Shown here one piece after another: positions 7,732 to 17,307 of a stretch of 61,267 bases of DNA. Every line of letters starts with the position of its first letter. Positions within the stretch are counted from its first letter, which is position 1. Made by a program: the position numbers and the translations under genes. Source of the stretch: Candidatus Ruminimicrobium bovinum (GTDB taxonomy: Bacteria; Elusimicrobiota; Endomicrobiia; Endomicrobiales; Endomicrobiaceae); assembly GCA_900316875.1 (NCBI GenBank), contig ONEP01000091.1, positions 1 through 61,267 on the forward strand, read 5' to 3'. Below the pieces are notes generated by a model. That model ran no database searches. It saw only the letters and a program-made list of their open reading frames with translations, and was not told where the DNA came from.

Positions 7732-8616
7732 ATGGCAAACTATATAGAAATAAATTCAAAAACGGCTTGTAATAAAGTTGACAGCAATTTCCTTCCATTC
7801 AATTGGGATTTAAATATTTACAGAGGTTGCGAACATAAATGTCAATATTGTTTTGCTTTGTATTCTCACAAATATATCAATTCAACCAATTTTTTTGATA
7901 ATATATATGTAAAGAAAAACATAGTAGGATGTTTTGAAAAACAAATATCTTCAAAAAAATGGAAAAGAACCATTGTTAATATCGGTGGAGTTACGGACAG
8001 TTATCAACCTGCGGAAAAACAATATAAATTAATGCCTGAAATTTTAAAACTATGTATAAAATATAAAGTTCCCGTAACTTTATCAACAAAATCAAAACTT
8101 ATATTAAGAGATTTTGATTTGTTTGCAGAATTATCAAAATTTGTTCCTGTCAATATAGCATGTACTATTACAACTGTAAATGAAAAAGTAAGAAAACTTA
8201 TTGAACCTAATGCCGCAACATCATTGGAGAGATTCAATAATTTAAAAGAATTTTCAAAAACAAATGTTAACACAGGTATATTTATTATGCCGATAATTCC
8301 GGAGCTTACCGATTCATATAATAATTTAAGTTTGTTATATAAAATTGCAAAACAAAATAACGTAAATTATGCAATTACTGCTATTTTAAATTTAAGAGGA
8401 GAAACAAAAATACAGTTTTTAAATTTTATTAAAAATAAATTACCGCATTTATATGGAAAAATAAATTCTTATTATAAAAGTGCTTATGTAAATTCCGCAT
8501 ATAAAAAAAGATTAAATACGATGTTAAACAGAATAACCGAAAAATATCCGTTAAAAGAAAAAGAAATAAATTATCCGGATTATAAAAATATTGATGAACA
8601 GTTTTATCTGTTTTAA
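7732..8616 (+). CDS. Radical SAM protein, SPL (spore photoproduct lyase-like / DNA-repair photolyase-like) family
   Basis: YRGCEHKCQYCFA (CxxxCxxC) near the N-terminus. The size and layout are typical of the SPL-like radical SAM family. Confidence 0.75.
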   Translation: MANYIEINSKTACNKVDSNFLPFNWDLNIYRGCEHKCQYCFALYSHKYINSTNFFDNIYVKKNIVGCFEKQISSKKWKRTIVNIGGVTDSYQPAEKQYKLMPEILKLCIKYKVPVTLSTKSKLILRDFDLFAELSKFVPVNIACTITTVNEKVRKLIEPNAATSLERFNNLKEFSKTNVNTGIFIMPIIPELTDSYNNLSLLYKIAKQNNVNYAITAILNLRGETKIQFLNFIKNKLPHLYGKINSYYKSAYVNSAYKKRLNTMLNRITEKYPLKEKEINYPDYKNIDEQFYLF

Positions 8617-8703
8617 AATTTAAAGTTTATTGATAGTAGAAATAAAAAAAAGTATAATCAAAAGAAACTTAAAAATTAAATTTTTAATAAAATAGGAGTT
8701 TTT

Positions 8704-9672
8704 ATGAGATTAGGTATTGTAGGTTACGGAAACCTGGGAAGAGGTGTAGAAAATGCCGTTAAGCAAAACCCTGATGTAGAACTTGTTGCAATATTTACAA
8801 GAAGAAATCCTAAAGATTTAAAAGTAAAATCTAATGCTGCCGTTGTAAATGTGGCGGAAATTGAAAATTGGAAAGATAAAATAGATGTTTTAATTTTATG
8901 CGGAGGAAGTGCAACCGACTTACCTGTTCAAACTCCGAAATATGTAAAAATGTTCAACGTAATAGACAGTTTTGATACACATGCAAGAATTCCCGAACAT
9001 TTTGCCAATGTAGATAAAGCAGCAAAACAGGCAGGAAAAATAGGAATAATTTCGGTCGGTTGGGACCCGGGACTTTTTTCACTTAACAGAATGTATGCAA
9101 ATGCTATTTTACCTGACGGAAAAGATTATACTTTTTGGGGTAAAGGCGTAAGCCAGGGGCATTCGGACGCCGTCAGAAGAATAGAAGGTGTTTTGGATGC
9201 AAGACAATATACAATTCCCGTTGAAGCTGCCGTTAAAGCGGTAAAAAACGGTGAAAACCCTACACTTACAACAAGGCAAAAACATACAAGGGAATGTTTT
9301 GTTGTAGCAGCGGAAGGTGCCGATAAAGCAAAAATAGAAAAACAAATAAAACAAATGCCGAACTATTTTTCCGACTATGATACCACGGTTCATTTTATTA
9401 CCGCAGAAGAAATGAAAAAAAATCACTCCGGACTTCCGCACGGCGGTTGTGTTATAAGAACAGGACAAACAGGCTTAACAAAACATGTAATAGAATATAA
9501 TATAAAACTTGAATCAAATCCGGAATTTACATCAAGTGTTCTTGTGGCATTTGCAAGAGCAGCTTACAGATTAAATAAAGAAGGACAATCCGGAGCAAGA
9601 ACAATATTTGATATTGCACCTGCATATTTAAGCGCAAAATCCGCAGAAGAACTTAGAAAAACAATGTTATAA
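8704..9672 (+). CDS. ddh: meso-diaminopimelate D-dehydrogenase
   Basis: N-terminus MRLGIVGYGNLGRGVE (Rossmann fold), SVGWDPG and WGKGVSQGHSDA motifs. AGGAG RBS. Confidence 0.9.
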   Translation: MRLGIVGYGNLGRGVENAVKQNPDVELVAIFTRRNPKDLKVKSNAAVVNVAEIENWKDKIDVLILCGGSATDLPVQTPKYVKMFNVIDSFDTHARIPEHFANVDKAAKQAGKIGIISVGWDPGLFSLNRMYANAILPDGKDYTFWGKGVSQGHSDAVRRIEGVLDARQYTIPVEAAVKAVKNGENPTLTTRQKHTRECFVVAAEGADKAKIEKQIKQMPNYFSDYDTTVHFITAEEMKKNHSGLPHGGCVIRTGQTGLTKHVIEYNIKLESNPEFTSSVLVAFARAAYRLNKEGQSGARTIFDIAPAYLSAKSAEELRKTML

Positions 9673-9722
9673 ACCGCTAAAAACGATTTACAACTAATTA
9701 GTAATTAGCGATTTTAAAAATT

Positions 9723-9757
9723 AAAAAACAGGAAGAATTTTTCTTCCTGTTTTTTTA
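9723..9757. terminator. Bidirectional rho-independent terminator between convergent ddh and guaB
   Basis: AACAGGAAGAA (9727-9737) pairs with TTCTTCCTGTT (9741-9751). An A-run lies upstream and a T-run downstream. Confidence 0.8.
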
Positions 9758-9839
9758 TTACATATTAAGTTTATATTATTGTCGTTTCTATACATCTATA
9801 CTTCAATACTTCTATTCCTCAAAAATTCCTACGGAATTT

Positions 9840-11348
9840 TTAGCTTTGCATTGATGTGTTTTTAACTATAACATCGTGTGCCGAACCTTCGCTTATTGTT
9901 GTTTGGCTGACAAGCGTAAGTTTTGCCTTTTGTTGTAATTCTGAAATTGATAAAGCACCGCAATTACACATTGTATGTGTTATTTTTCTTAGAGTTACGG
10001 AAATACCGTCATGTAAATGACCTGCATAAGGAACGTAAGAATCCACACCTTCTTCAAAACTTAAAGATTTTTTCCCGCCCAAGTCATATCTTTGCCAATT
10101 CCTTGCTCTGTTTGAACCTTCACCCCAATATTCTTTAACATAATTTCCGTTTACGACAAGTTTATTTGAAGGGGCTTCATCAAACCTTGCAAAGTATCTG
10201 CCGAGCATAACAAAATCGGCACCCATTGCCAAAGCCAACGTTATGTGATAATCCTGCACTATTCCGCCGTCGGAACAAATAGGAATATAAATACCTGTTT
10301 TTTTATAATATTTATCTCTTGCTTTTGCAACTTCTATTGTTGCTGTTGCCTGACCGCGCCCTATACCTTTTTGTTCGCGAGTAATACATATTGAACCGCC
10401 GCCGATACCTATTTTTACAAAATCAGCCCCTGCTTCGGCAAGAAAATTAAAACCGTCTTCATCAACCACATTACCTGCGCCTACTTTTATATTTTTACCG
10501 AAAGTTTTATGAATATCTTTAAGGGCTTTTGCCTGCCAGTAAGAATAACCTTCACTTGAATCCAAAACAAAAACATCGGCACCGGCTTTAATTAATTCCG
10601 GAACTCTGTCCATATAATCCCTTGTATTAATACCTGCACCGACGATATATCTGCGGTTTGAATCAAGCAATTCCAACGGGTGTATTTCATGTGTGGCATA
10701 ATCTTTTCTGAAAACCAAAGAAACCAAATTTCCTTTTTTATCAATAATGGGTAACTGATTAATTTTTTTATTCCAAATAATTTCGTTTGCTTTGCTTAAC
10801 GTTATTCCTTCCTGACCTGTTACCATATCGGAAAGAGTTGTCATATATTGAGCAACTTTTGAGTTCGGTTTACAGTGTGAAATTCTAAAATCCTTGGATG
10901 TTATTATTCCGACAAGTTTCCCGTGAGCCGTTCCGTCTTCGGTTACGGCACATGTGGAATGTCCCGTTTTTTTACTTAAAGCAATAACTTCTTCCAATGT
11001 TTGGTCCGGACGAACATTTGAATCCGATGTTACAAAACCCGCTTTGTAAGATTTAACTCTTGAAATCATATCCGCCTGATTTTGAATACTTTGGCTTGCA
11101 TAGATAAAACTTATACCTCCCTCTTTTGCAAGAGCAATAGCCATTTTATCGTCTGAAACCGCCTGCATAACTGCAGAAACCATAGGTATATTTATACTTA
11201 AAGATGATTTTTCTTTTTTCTTTTTATTGAATTTTACAAGAGGAGTTTTTAAACTGACATTATCCGGAATACAATTTTGATCCGAATATCCCGGAACCAA
11301 AAGATATTCGTTAAAAGTATGAGACGGTTCATCAAAATAAAATGCCAT
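9840..11348 (-). CDS. guaB: IMP dehydrogenase
   Basis: Catalytic loop [11 protein letters not shown], an inserted CBS pair, and the GADFVMLG motif. Confidence 0.95.
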   Translation of the reverse strand: MAFYFDEPSHTFNEYLLVPGYSDQNCIPDNVSLKTPLVKFNKKKKEKSSLSINIPMVSAVMQAVSDDKMAIALAKEGGISFIYASQSIQNQADMISRVKSYKAGFVTSDSNVRPDQTLEEVIALSKKTGHSTCAVTEDGTAHGKLVGIITSKDFRISHCKPNSKVAQYMTTLSDMVTGQEGITLSKANEIIWNKKINQLPIIDKKGNLVSLVFRKDYATHEIHPLELLDSNRRYIVGAGINTRDYMDRVPELIKAGADVFVLDSSEGYSYWQAKALKDIHKTFGKNIKVGAGNVVDEDGFNFLAEAGADFVKIGIGGGSICITREQKGIGRGQATATIEVAKARDKYYKKTGIYIPICSDGGIVQDYHITLALAMGADFVMLGRYFARFDEAPSNKLVVNGNYVKEYWGEGSNRARNWQRYDLGGKKSLSFEEGVDSYVPYAGHLHDGISVTLRKITHTMCNCGALSISELQQKAKLTLVSQTTISEGSAHDVIVKNTSMQS

Positions 11349-11369
11349 TTTATTTCTCCTTAATTAAAT

Positions 11370-12557
11370 TTAAAGATTGTTTAACTTTTGCAACAATTCT
11401 GTTTTATATTCGTCAAATTTTATTTTATCTTGTCCTTTTAAAGTTATATTCGGGGGCGTTTTTAATTTTAAAAAGTTCAAAAATTTTACGTTCAATTGTA
11501 TTCTGAAATCCAAATGAGGTCCGGTTGCAAGCCCCGTTGCACCGACATAACCTATAACTTGCCCCTGTTTAACACGAACACCTTTTTTTATACCTCTGCC
11601 GTATTTTGATAAATGCCCGTAATAAGTGCTGTAACCGTTAGGATGTTTTATTATTACCAAATTACCGTAGCCGCCGCTTTTTTGCGATTTTATCACAACT
11701 CCGTCACCTATCGCTGATACGGGTGTTCCCGTAGGTGCGGCATAATCTATACCTTCATGCGGTCTGTAATATTTTAGTATCGGATGAAACCTTGCTTTTG
11801 TAAAATAAGAACTTATTCTTTTAAATTGAAGCGGAGCTTTTAAAAAACTGCTTTTTATCGACTTGCCGTTCTCATCAAAATAATTTTCATATCCTTTTGA
11901 ATCCTTAAAAGCTATTGCATTAAAAGTATGTGTTGCGGTTTTATATTGTCCCGCCAAAATTTTTGCAGATATTATATTTTGTGTTTTTGTTAAAGTTTCA
12001 GTTTCATAAATTATTTTGAATTTATCCCCGTTTCTTGTATCGGTTAAAAAGTCAAATTGCCATGCAAACATATTTGCAAAAGAAATAATTATATTCGGAC
12101 TTATATTTTCAGCTGCCATTGAATTCCATAAAGAATTTTCTATTGTTCCCGATATTTCATAACGGTTTTTTGTTGTTTCCAATTGAATTTTTTGTCCATT
12201 AATTATATTATCCGTTGACTTTGTAAGTTCATAAAAAAACAATTCGCTTGAAGGAAAATATTTAAAATTTTGCCATGACGGAACAACCGTGGAATATGTA
12301 ACTTCATAAAAATCGTTCGGCTTACAATTATTTATATTGACCATTTTTTTAAGTTCTGCCAAAATTTCGGTAATTTCCGAAGGTTGTAATTTACTTTTAT
12401 GCAAAAGATCGTTAAAATTAGTGCCCTGATAAAAAACAAAAGTTTCAACTTCCGGAATTTCTTCAACCGGTTGTTGTTCCGTTACCTGTTCCTGTTTTTT
12501 CGAACACCCCGCAAATATAAAAAATATTAATATAACACAGCTTAAAAATTTCTTCAT
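11370..12557 (-). CDS. M23 family (LytM-type) metallopeptidase, lipoprotein
   Basis: HEGIDYAAPTGTPV and GPHLDF zinc motifs. The start was moved to ATG 12557 so the product begins MKKFLSCVILIFFIFAGCSKK (lipobox). The longer track ORF (to 12623) overlaps the recN stop. Confidence 0.85.
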   Translation of the reverse strand: MKKFLSCVILIFFIFAGCSKKQEQVTEQQPVEEIPEVETFVFYQGTNFNDLLHKSKLQPSEITEILAELKKMVNINNCKPNDFYEVTYSTVVPSWQNFKYFPSSELFFYELTKSTDNIINGQKIQLETTKNRYEISGTIENSLWNSMAAENISPNIIISFANMFAWQFDFLTDTRNGDKFKIIYETETLTKTQNIISAKILAGQYKTATHTFNAIAFKDSKGYENYFDENGKSIKSSFLKAPLQFKRISSYFTKARFHPILKYYRPHEGIDYAAPTGTPVSAIGDGVVIKSQKSGGYGNLVIIKHPNGYSTYYGHLSKYGRGIKKGVRVKQGQVIGYVGATGLATGPHLDFRIQLNVKFLNFLKLKTPPNITLKGQDKIKFDEYKTELLQKLNNL

Positions 12558-12600
12558 AATCATAATATCATACCTAAAATATTCGTTAATTTTCAACTGT

Positions 12601-14250
12601 TTATTTAACCAACTCTTTTGCATGTTTTATTGCATATTCGGTAATTTTTTCACCTGAAATCAGTGTTGCAATTTCTTTTATATGTTCCTGTTCGTTTAAA
12701 ACTTTAACCTTTGTTACCGTTTTATTATCAACAATATCTTTGTAAACTTTTATGTGTTTGTCGGCATTGGAAACTACCTGTGCCAAATGGCTTATTAATA
12801 TTACCTGTTTTTGTTTTGAAATATTTTTTAATTTTTTACCGATTTTTTCACCGGTTAAACCGCTTACACCGGTATCTATTTCATCAAAGATAATTGTTCC
12901 TACACTGTAAAAATTCGATAAAATTACCGCTATTGCAAGTAATACCCTTGACAATTCCCCGCCGGAAGCAACATCGGCAAGCGGTTTTAATTGCTGACCT
13001 AAATTTGAATTGAATAAAAATTCCACTTTATCGTAACCGTTGCGACTTAACGAAGCATGTTTAACATCAATTGCAAATTGTGCATTTTTCATATTCAAAT
13101 CTTTCAATTGTTTTACTATATCATCGGAAAGTTTTTTTGATACGGCTTTTCTTTTATTTGAAATTTGTAAACAAATATCTTCAACTTCTTTTTGTGCGGA
13201 TTTAATTTCTTTTTCAATACTATCCAAATTGGAATCGTAAAATGTTATTTCTTTAATTTTTGTTTCAAGTTCGGTTTCAAAAGCAATCAGTTCGTCAACA
13301 GTTTTTTTATATTTCGATTTTAACTGTTTAATAAGCTGTTGGCGTTCAAGCAAGTTATTCAATGCATTCGGATCGGAATCGACGGTATTTGCAATATCAT
13401 ATACTTCATTATAAACTTCATTCAATTGAGCAATTGCACCGTTAATCATTTTTGAAATGTTTTCCGTATTTATACCCAAAGAATTTAAGGTATCCGTTTT
13501 TTTTGCAACCTGTTCCGCCAAATCCAAAACGGAATTATCACGTTTGTAAAGCAAAAATGAAATTTCATTTGAAAGTGCTATTATTTTTTCGGCATTTTTT
13601 AAAGAAGGCAGTTGCTGCTGAATTTGTTGTTCTTCATCGGGTTTTAATGCCGCTTTTTTTAATTCATTTAACTGATAATTATAAATATCAAGTTTTATTT
13701 CTTTATCTTTTTGAGATGAAATTAAATTTTCTTTCTTATTTTGAAGTTCGGATAGAATTGTATATTTTTCATTAAGTTCCGATAACAATTTTTTATTTTC
13801 GGCAATATCGTCAACCAGTTGCAGTTGATAATTACCGTCAAACAGCATATTACTTTTATGTTGAGCATAAAAATCAATAAGGTATTTTCCTGTTTCCGTT
13901 AATGCGGTTAAACTTACGGGGGTGTCATTTATAAAAATTTTATTTTTGCCGGAAATATCCAGTTGCCTTCTTATTATAAGTTCATCGGTTTGTTCAAGAC
14001 CGTATTTTTCAAATACGGAATTTATTTTTTTGTTTGAAGAAATATCAAAACTTGCCGTTATCGTACATATTTTTTGTCCGTTTCTTATTGCCGATGATGA
14101 TGCCCTTTCACCTAACAATAAATCGACAGCTCCTATTATTATTGATTTTCCGGCGCCTGTTTCACCCGTTAATACTGAAAGACCTTTTGTAAAGTCAATC
14201 GAAATATCCTCTATCAAAGCATAATTTTTTATCGATAAATTATTAAGCAA
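12601..14250 (-). CDS. recN: DNA repair protein RecN
   Basis: N-terminus LNNLSIKNYALIEDISIDF, Walker A GETGAGKS, a long coiled coil, and C-terminal signature ASGGELSRVLLA with IFDEIDTGVSG. TTG start with GGAGA RBS. Confidence 0.9.
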   Translation of the reverse strand: MLNNLSIKNYALIEDISIDFTKGLSVLTGETGAGKSIIIGAVDLLLGERASSSAIRNGQKICTITASFDISSNKKINSVFEKYGLEQTDELIIRRQLDISGKNKIFINDTPVSLTALTETGKYLIDFYAQHKSNMLFDGNYQLQLVDDIAENKKLLSELNEKYTILSELQNKKENLISSQKDKEIKLDIYNYQLNELKKAALKPDEEQQIQQQLPSLKNAEKIIALSNEISFLLYKRDNSVLDLAEQVAKKTDTLNSLGINTENISKMINGAIAQLNEVYNEVYDIANTVDSDPNALNNLLERQQLIKQLKSKYKKTVDELIAFETELETKIKEITFYDSNLDSIEKEIKSAQKEVEDICLQISNKRKAVSKKLSDDIVKQLKDLNMKNAQFAIDVKHASLSRNGYDKVEFLFNSNLGQQLKPLADVASGGELSRVLLAIAVILSNFYSVGTIIFDEIDTGVSGLTGEKIGKKLKNISKQKQVILISHLAQVVSNADKHIKVYKDIVDNKTVTKVKVLNEQEHIKEIATLISGEKITEYAIKHAKELVK

Positions 14251-14333
14251 AATTTTCTCCGAATTTTCTAAATAAAGGATTGTCGGGTATTTACGGTAAA
14301 AATATATAAAATATTTCTTTCTTTAATTACAAT

Positions 14334-14762
14334 TTAAAGTATTTGTTTTAATAAAGCGGATATTCTTTTGCCGTCTGCTGCACCTTTAAGTGCAGATACG
14401 GCGGCTTTCATTACCGTTCCAAAATTTTTATCCGAACAAGAAGCCGCAACTTCTTTAAGTTTTGCAATCAATTCCTCATCTGACATTTCGGCAGGAAGAT
14501 ATCCTTCTATTATTTTAAGTTCTTTTCCTTCTTTTTCCGTCAAATCGGTTCTGCCTGCTTTTTGGAAAGTTTCAATAGATTCTTTTCTCTTTTTTGCTTC
14601 ACTTCTGAGAACCTTTATAATTTCTTCATCGTTAATTTTTATATTTTTCATTTCTCTTATATTTATCTCATTAAGTATGGCTCTAACCGTATTTAAACTT
14701 ACCATATCTTTCGCTTTCATATATGTTTTTAAATCTTCTTTAAGTTTTTCTATAATTGTCAT
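14334..14762 (-). CDS. yqeY: GatB/YqeY domain-containing protein
   Basis: The size and the LKEDLKTYMKAKDMVSLNTVRAILNEI pattern are typical of YqeY. Confidence 0.8.
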   Translation of the reverse strand: MTIIEKLKEDLKTYMKAKDMVSLNTVRAILNEINIREMKNIKINDEEIIKVLRSEAKKRKESIETFQKAGRTDLTEKEGKELKIIEGYLPAEMSDEELIAKLKEVAASCSDKNFGTVMKAAVSALKGAADGKRISALLKQIL

Positions 14763-14792
14763 TTTATACTCCCAACAAAAACATGTAAAAAA

Positions 14793-15350
14793 TTATTTTA
14801 TTGCTTTTCCGTCAGAAAATGCAGTTCCGGCAATTTCGCTTATTTTTAAATATTTATGTCCGACACCGTCATAAGATATAGGTTGTAACTTCAACGGATC
14901 AATTTGACCTTTATCATTTAAAATTTCTTCTTTTGCGCTTACATTAACAATTTCACCTATAATATTTCCGTTGTCATCAAATTTTAACAAATTACATTCC
15001 AAAGTCATCGGAAGTTCGTTTATTACGGGCGCATCAACAAAAGAACTTTTTGTTATGCTAAAACCAGCTTTTTCTATTTTATCCGAAATATCGTTACCTG
15101 AAACTATGCCTAAATAATCACATTCTTTTACATGTTTAACATCCGCAAAACTTATTGTAAAAGCTTTTTTAATTTTTATATTTTTTGTTGTTTTATGACT
15201 TTCATCCAAACAAATAATAACTTTTTTATAATCGTATATTCCGCCCCACGCCGCATTCATTGCATTGGCTTTATTATGCTCGTCATAAGCCGCAACTATT
15301 AATACAGGCATAGGGTAAAACCATGTTTGTTGCCCGAAATTTTTTCTCAT
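14793..15350 (-). CDS. Flavin reductase family protein (FMN-binding split barrel)
   Basis: The PMPVLIVAAYDE...NAMNAAWGG pattern is characteristic of anaerobe flavin reductase-like domain proteins. Confidence 0.7.
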   Translation of the reverse strand: MRKNFGQQTWFYPMPVLIVAAYDEHNKANAMNAAWGGIYDYKKVIICLDESHKTTKNIKIKKAFTISFADVKHVKECDYLGIVSGNDISDKIEKAGFSITKSSFVDAPVINELPMTLECNLLKFDDNGNIIGEIVNVSAKEEILNDKGQIDPLKLQPISYDGVGHKYLKISEIAGTAFSDGKAIK

Positions 15351-15373
15351 ATAAACTCCGTAAATATTTTTAA

Positions 15374-16030
15374 CTATTGTACCGGATAAGCTTTTCCGCC
15401 ATGAATCAAATATTTTTTACCGTCAATAACAACGGTAGTATCATCCGTTGCCGGTGCAACCGAAGGTGTTGCAGGTGCAGCAGGTGCAGCAACAGCAGGT
15501 GCGGAAGGAGCAACAGGCGCAACGGCAGCCGGAGCTACGGAAGGTTGATAATTGTCTTGAGTATCGGAAATTATAAAACATAAATCATCTTCGGAATCGT
15601 AAACATCCGTTATTGCAACCTTGTCTTCATTTTCTCTCATTTTAAAAATAAATTTAACTACATTATTATTTTTCTTTGAAAATTTTCCGTCTTTGCCGAA
15701 ATATTTCGGAATTTCTCTGCTGATATCATCTTCATAATATCCGTCAAAACCTTCGCTGTCGGCAACTTTTAAAAAAGGAATCGGTCTCATATCATGCTCC
15801 ACACCTTTAATAACAATTTTACAAGTAATATATGCAAGCGGATAAGACGAATTGTTTATCATTTTAATTTCTTCATACATTCTCCTTTGAACAAGAGAAC
15901 CGATAGTTGTTTCATAAACATAAGCACCCGAAGCATCACGACTTATAGCGGGATTTTGTGCCGAATAAACAAAAGAAACGGCAACTAAAACAACTGCAAT
16001 ACAAACTGCAAAATTTTTAATTAAATTCAT
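15374..16030 (-). CDS. Secreted hypothetical protein with an Ala/Pro-rich linker and a short C-terminal module
   Basis: Signal peptide ending VYSAQN, linker PSVAPAAVAPVAPSAPAVAAPAAPATPSVAP. No family recognised. GGAGG RBS and a consensus promoter upstream. Confidence 0.6.
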   Translation of the reverse strand: MNLIKNFAVCIAVVLVAVSFVYSAQNPAISRDASGAYVYETTIGSLVQRRMYEEIKMINNSSYPLAYITCKIVIKGVEHDMRPIPFLKVADSEGFDGYYEDDISREIPKYFGKDGKFSKKNNNVVKFIFKMRENEDKVAITDVYDSEDDLCFIISDTQDNYQPSVAPAAVAPVAPSAPAVAAPAAPATPSVAPATDDTTVVIDGKKYLIHGGKAYPVQ

Positions 16031-16064
16031 TTTTTTCCTCCATTCTTAAATAAACAATAAAAAA

Positions 16065-16093
16065 ATTATAATTATTTTTTTATTCCGTGTCAA
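16065..16093 (-). promoter_or_regulatory. Perfect-consensus sigma70 promoter (TTGACA-17-TATAAT) for the secreted protein gene
   Basis: The minus strand reads TTGACA (16093-16088), the 17-nt spacer CGGAATAAAAAAATAAT and TATAAT (16070-16065). GGAGG RBS and ATG at 16030 follow. Confidence 0.7.
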
Positions 16094-16129
16094 TCAAAAA
16101 TTAAAAATTATAAATTGTAAAAGATATTT

Positions 16130-16528
16130 CTAATTGTTATAATCCTTAAATTTTTGAAAAATAAACTTAGCAAGGTTTACATTGTTCGAAATTATTTCTA
16201 TTGTTGATGATTTGTCATCTTTTTCTTTTACAAAAAAACCGACTTCCGTGGAATCCAAACAAAATTCATAAAGCAGCGAACACTGACTTGCAACTACATA
16301 TAATTTTTTATCATTTTTAAAATTTGTTTTAAGATGTTTTTCAAATATAAACAAATTACATTTATTGTATGCTTTTTGCGCAGGTAAATTTATATCCATT
16401 GCAAACCTGCCTTCCCGTTCGTTTTCAAAATTTGCAACAGAGTATCCTGCTATTCTTTTCGGGTAATCAAGAACTGAGCATGAACAAAACAAAACAAAGC
16501 ATAATAATATCAAAATCAAATTTTTCAT
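16130..16528 (-). CDS. Hypothetical exported protein or lipoprotein
   Basis: N-terminus MKNLILILLCFVLFCSCS resembles a signal/lipobox. No family recognised. Confidence 0.5.
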   Translation of the reverse strand: MKNLILILLCFVLFCSCSVLDYPKRIAGYSVANFENEREGRFAMDINLPAQKAYNKCNLFIFEKHLKTNFKNDKKLYVVASQCSLLYEFCLDSTEVGFFVKEKDDKSSTIEIISNNVNLAKFIFQKFKDYNN

Positions 16529-16533
16529 AAAAA

Positions 16534-17295
16534 TTATTTTATATTATAAAGTTTCAATGTATTTGCAAATGTGGTTTCACAAACTTCTTCAAAAGAAACA
16601 TTTTTAACTTCGGCAATTTTTTTTGCAACTTCAACAACATAAGCAGGTTCGTTTCTTGTTCCTCTGTATTTCTGAGGTGCAAGGTAAGGGCAATCGGTTT
16701 CAACTAAAATTTTATCCAAAGGAACATTTTCAATAACTTTTGTAAGTTTGTTGGATTTGGGATAAGTTGAAGGTCCGTCGATACCTATTAAAAAGCCCAT
16801 ATCAAGCACAACTTTTGCCTGTTCAAAACTTCCGGAAAAACAGTGTATTACACCCTTTGGTAAACCGGTAAAACTTTTAAAAATTTCCACCATATCATCA
16901 TAAGCATCTCTACAGTGAACACAAATCGGTTTATTTATTTCCAAAGCTAAATTTATTTGTTTTATAAAAACTTCTTTTTGCAACTTACCGTCATAATTTT
17001 CGTAATGGTAATCGAGCCCTATTTCACCAACTGCCACACATTTTTTATCATTCAATAAAGTTTTTAATTTATCAAAAAGTTCATCGTTAAATTTATCGGC
17101 ATCCTGCGGATGAAGCCCGAACATTGAATAAATTTTTTCATTTTTTGAAAGCTCGGCTACTTTATCCCAAAAGGGAGGTTCGCAACCCACTTCTATTATG
17201 TATTCAAGTCCGTTTGCAAATGCTCTGTTTAAAACTTCATTTCTATCCGTATCGAATTTTGTATCGGTTGTATGTGCATGAGAATCTATTAACAT
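16534..17295 (-). CDS. tatD: TatD family metal-dependent hydrolase (DNase)
   Basis: N-terminus LIDSHAHT, GEIGLDYHY, HCRDA and ETDCPYLAP motifs. Confidence 0.9.
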   Translation of the reverse strand: MLIDSHAHTTDTKFDTDRNEVLNRAFANGLEYIIEVGCEPPFWDKVAELSKNEKIYSMFGLHPQDADKFNDELFDKLKTLLNDKKCVAVGEIGLDYHYENYDGKLQKEVFIKQINLALEINKPICVHCRDAYDDMVEIFKSFTGLPKGVIHCFSGSFEQAKVVLDMGFLIGIDGPSTYPKSNKLTKVIENVPLDKILVETDCPYLAPQKYRGTRNEPAYVVEVAKKIAEVKNVSFEEVCETTFANTLKLYNIK

Positions 17296-17307
17296 AAAAA
17301 CCTCTGT

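Noticed and set aside
12558-12623. A 22-codon N-terminal extension of the M23 peptidase ORF in the track.
   Set aside because: The extension overlaps the recN stop and precedes a textbook lipoprotein signal that starts at the internal ATG 12557. The shorter start is more plausible.
14368-14874. A 168-aa plus-strand ORF overlapping yqeY and the end of the flavin reductase gene.
   Set aside because: It is antisense to two recognisable genes. It is a low-complexity Ser/Phe/Ile product with no motif and no RBS.
15440-15545. A sharp GC-rich patch that might indicate foreign DNA or an RNA gene.
   Set aside because: It is fully explained by GCN/CCN codons of the Ala/Pro linker in the 218-aa secreted protein.
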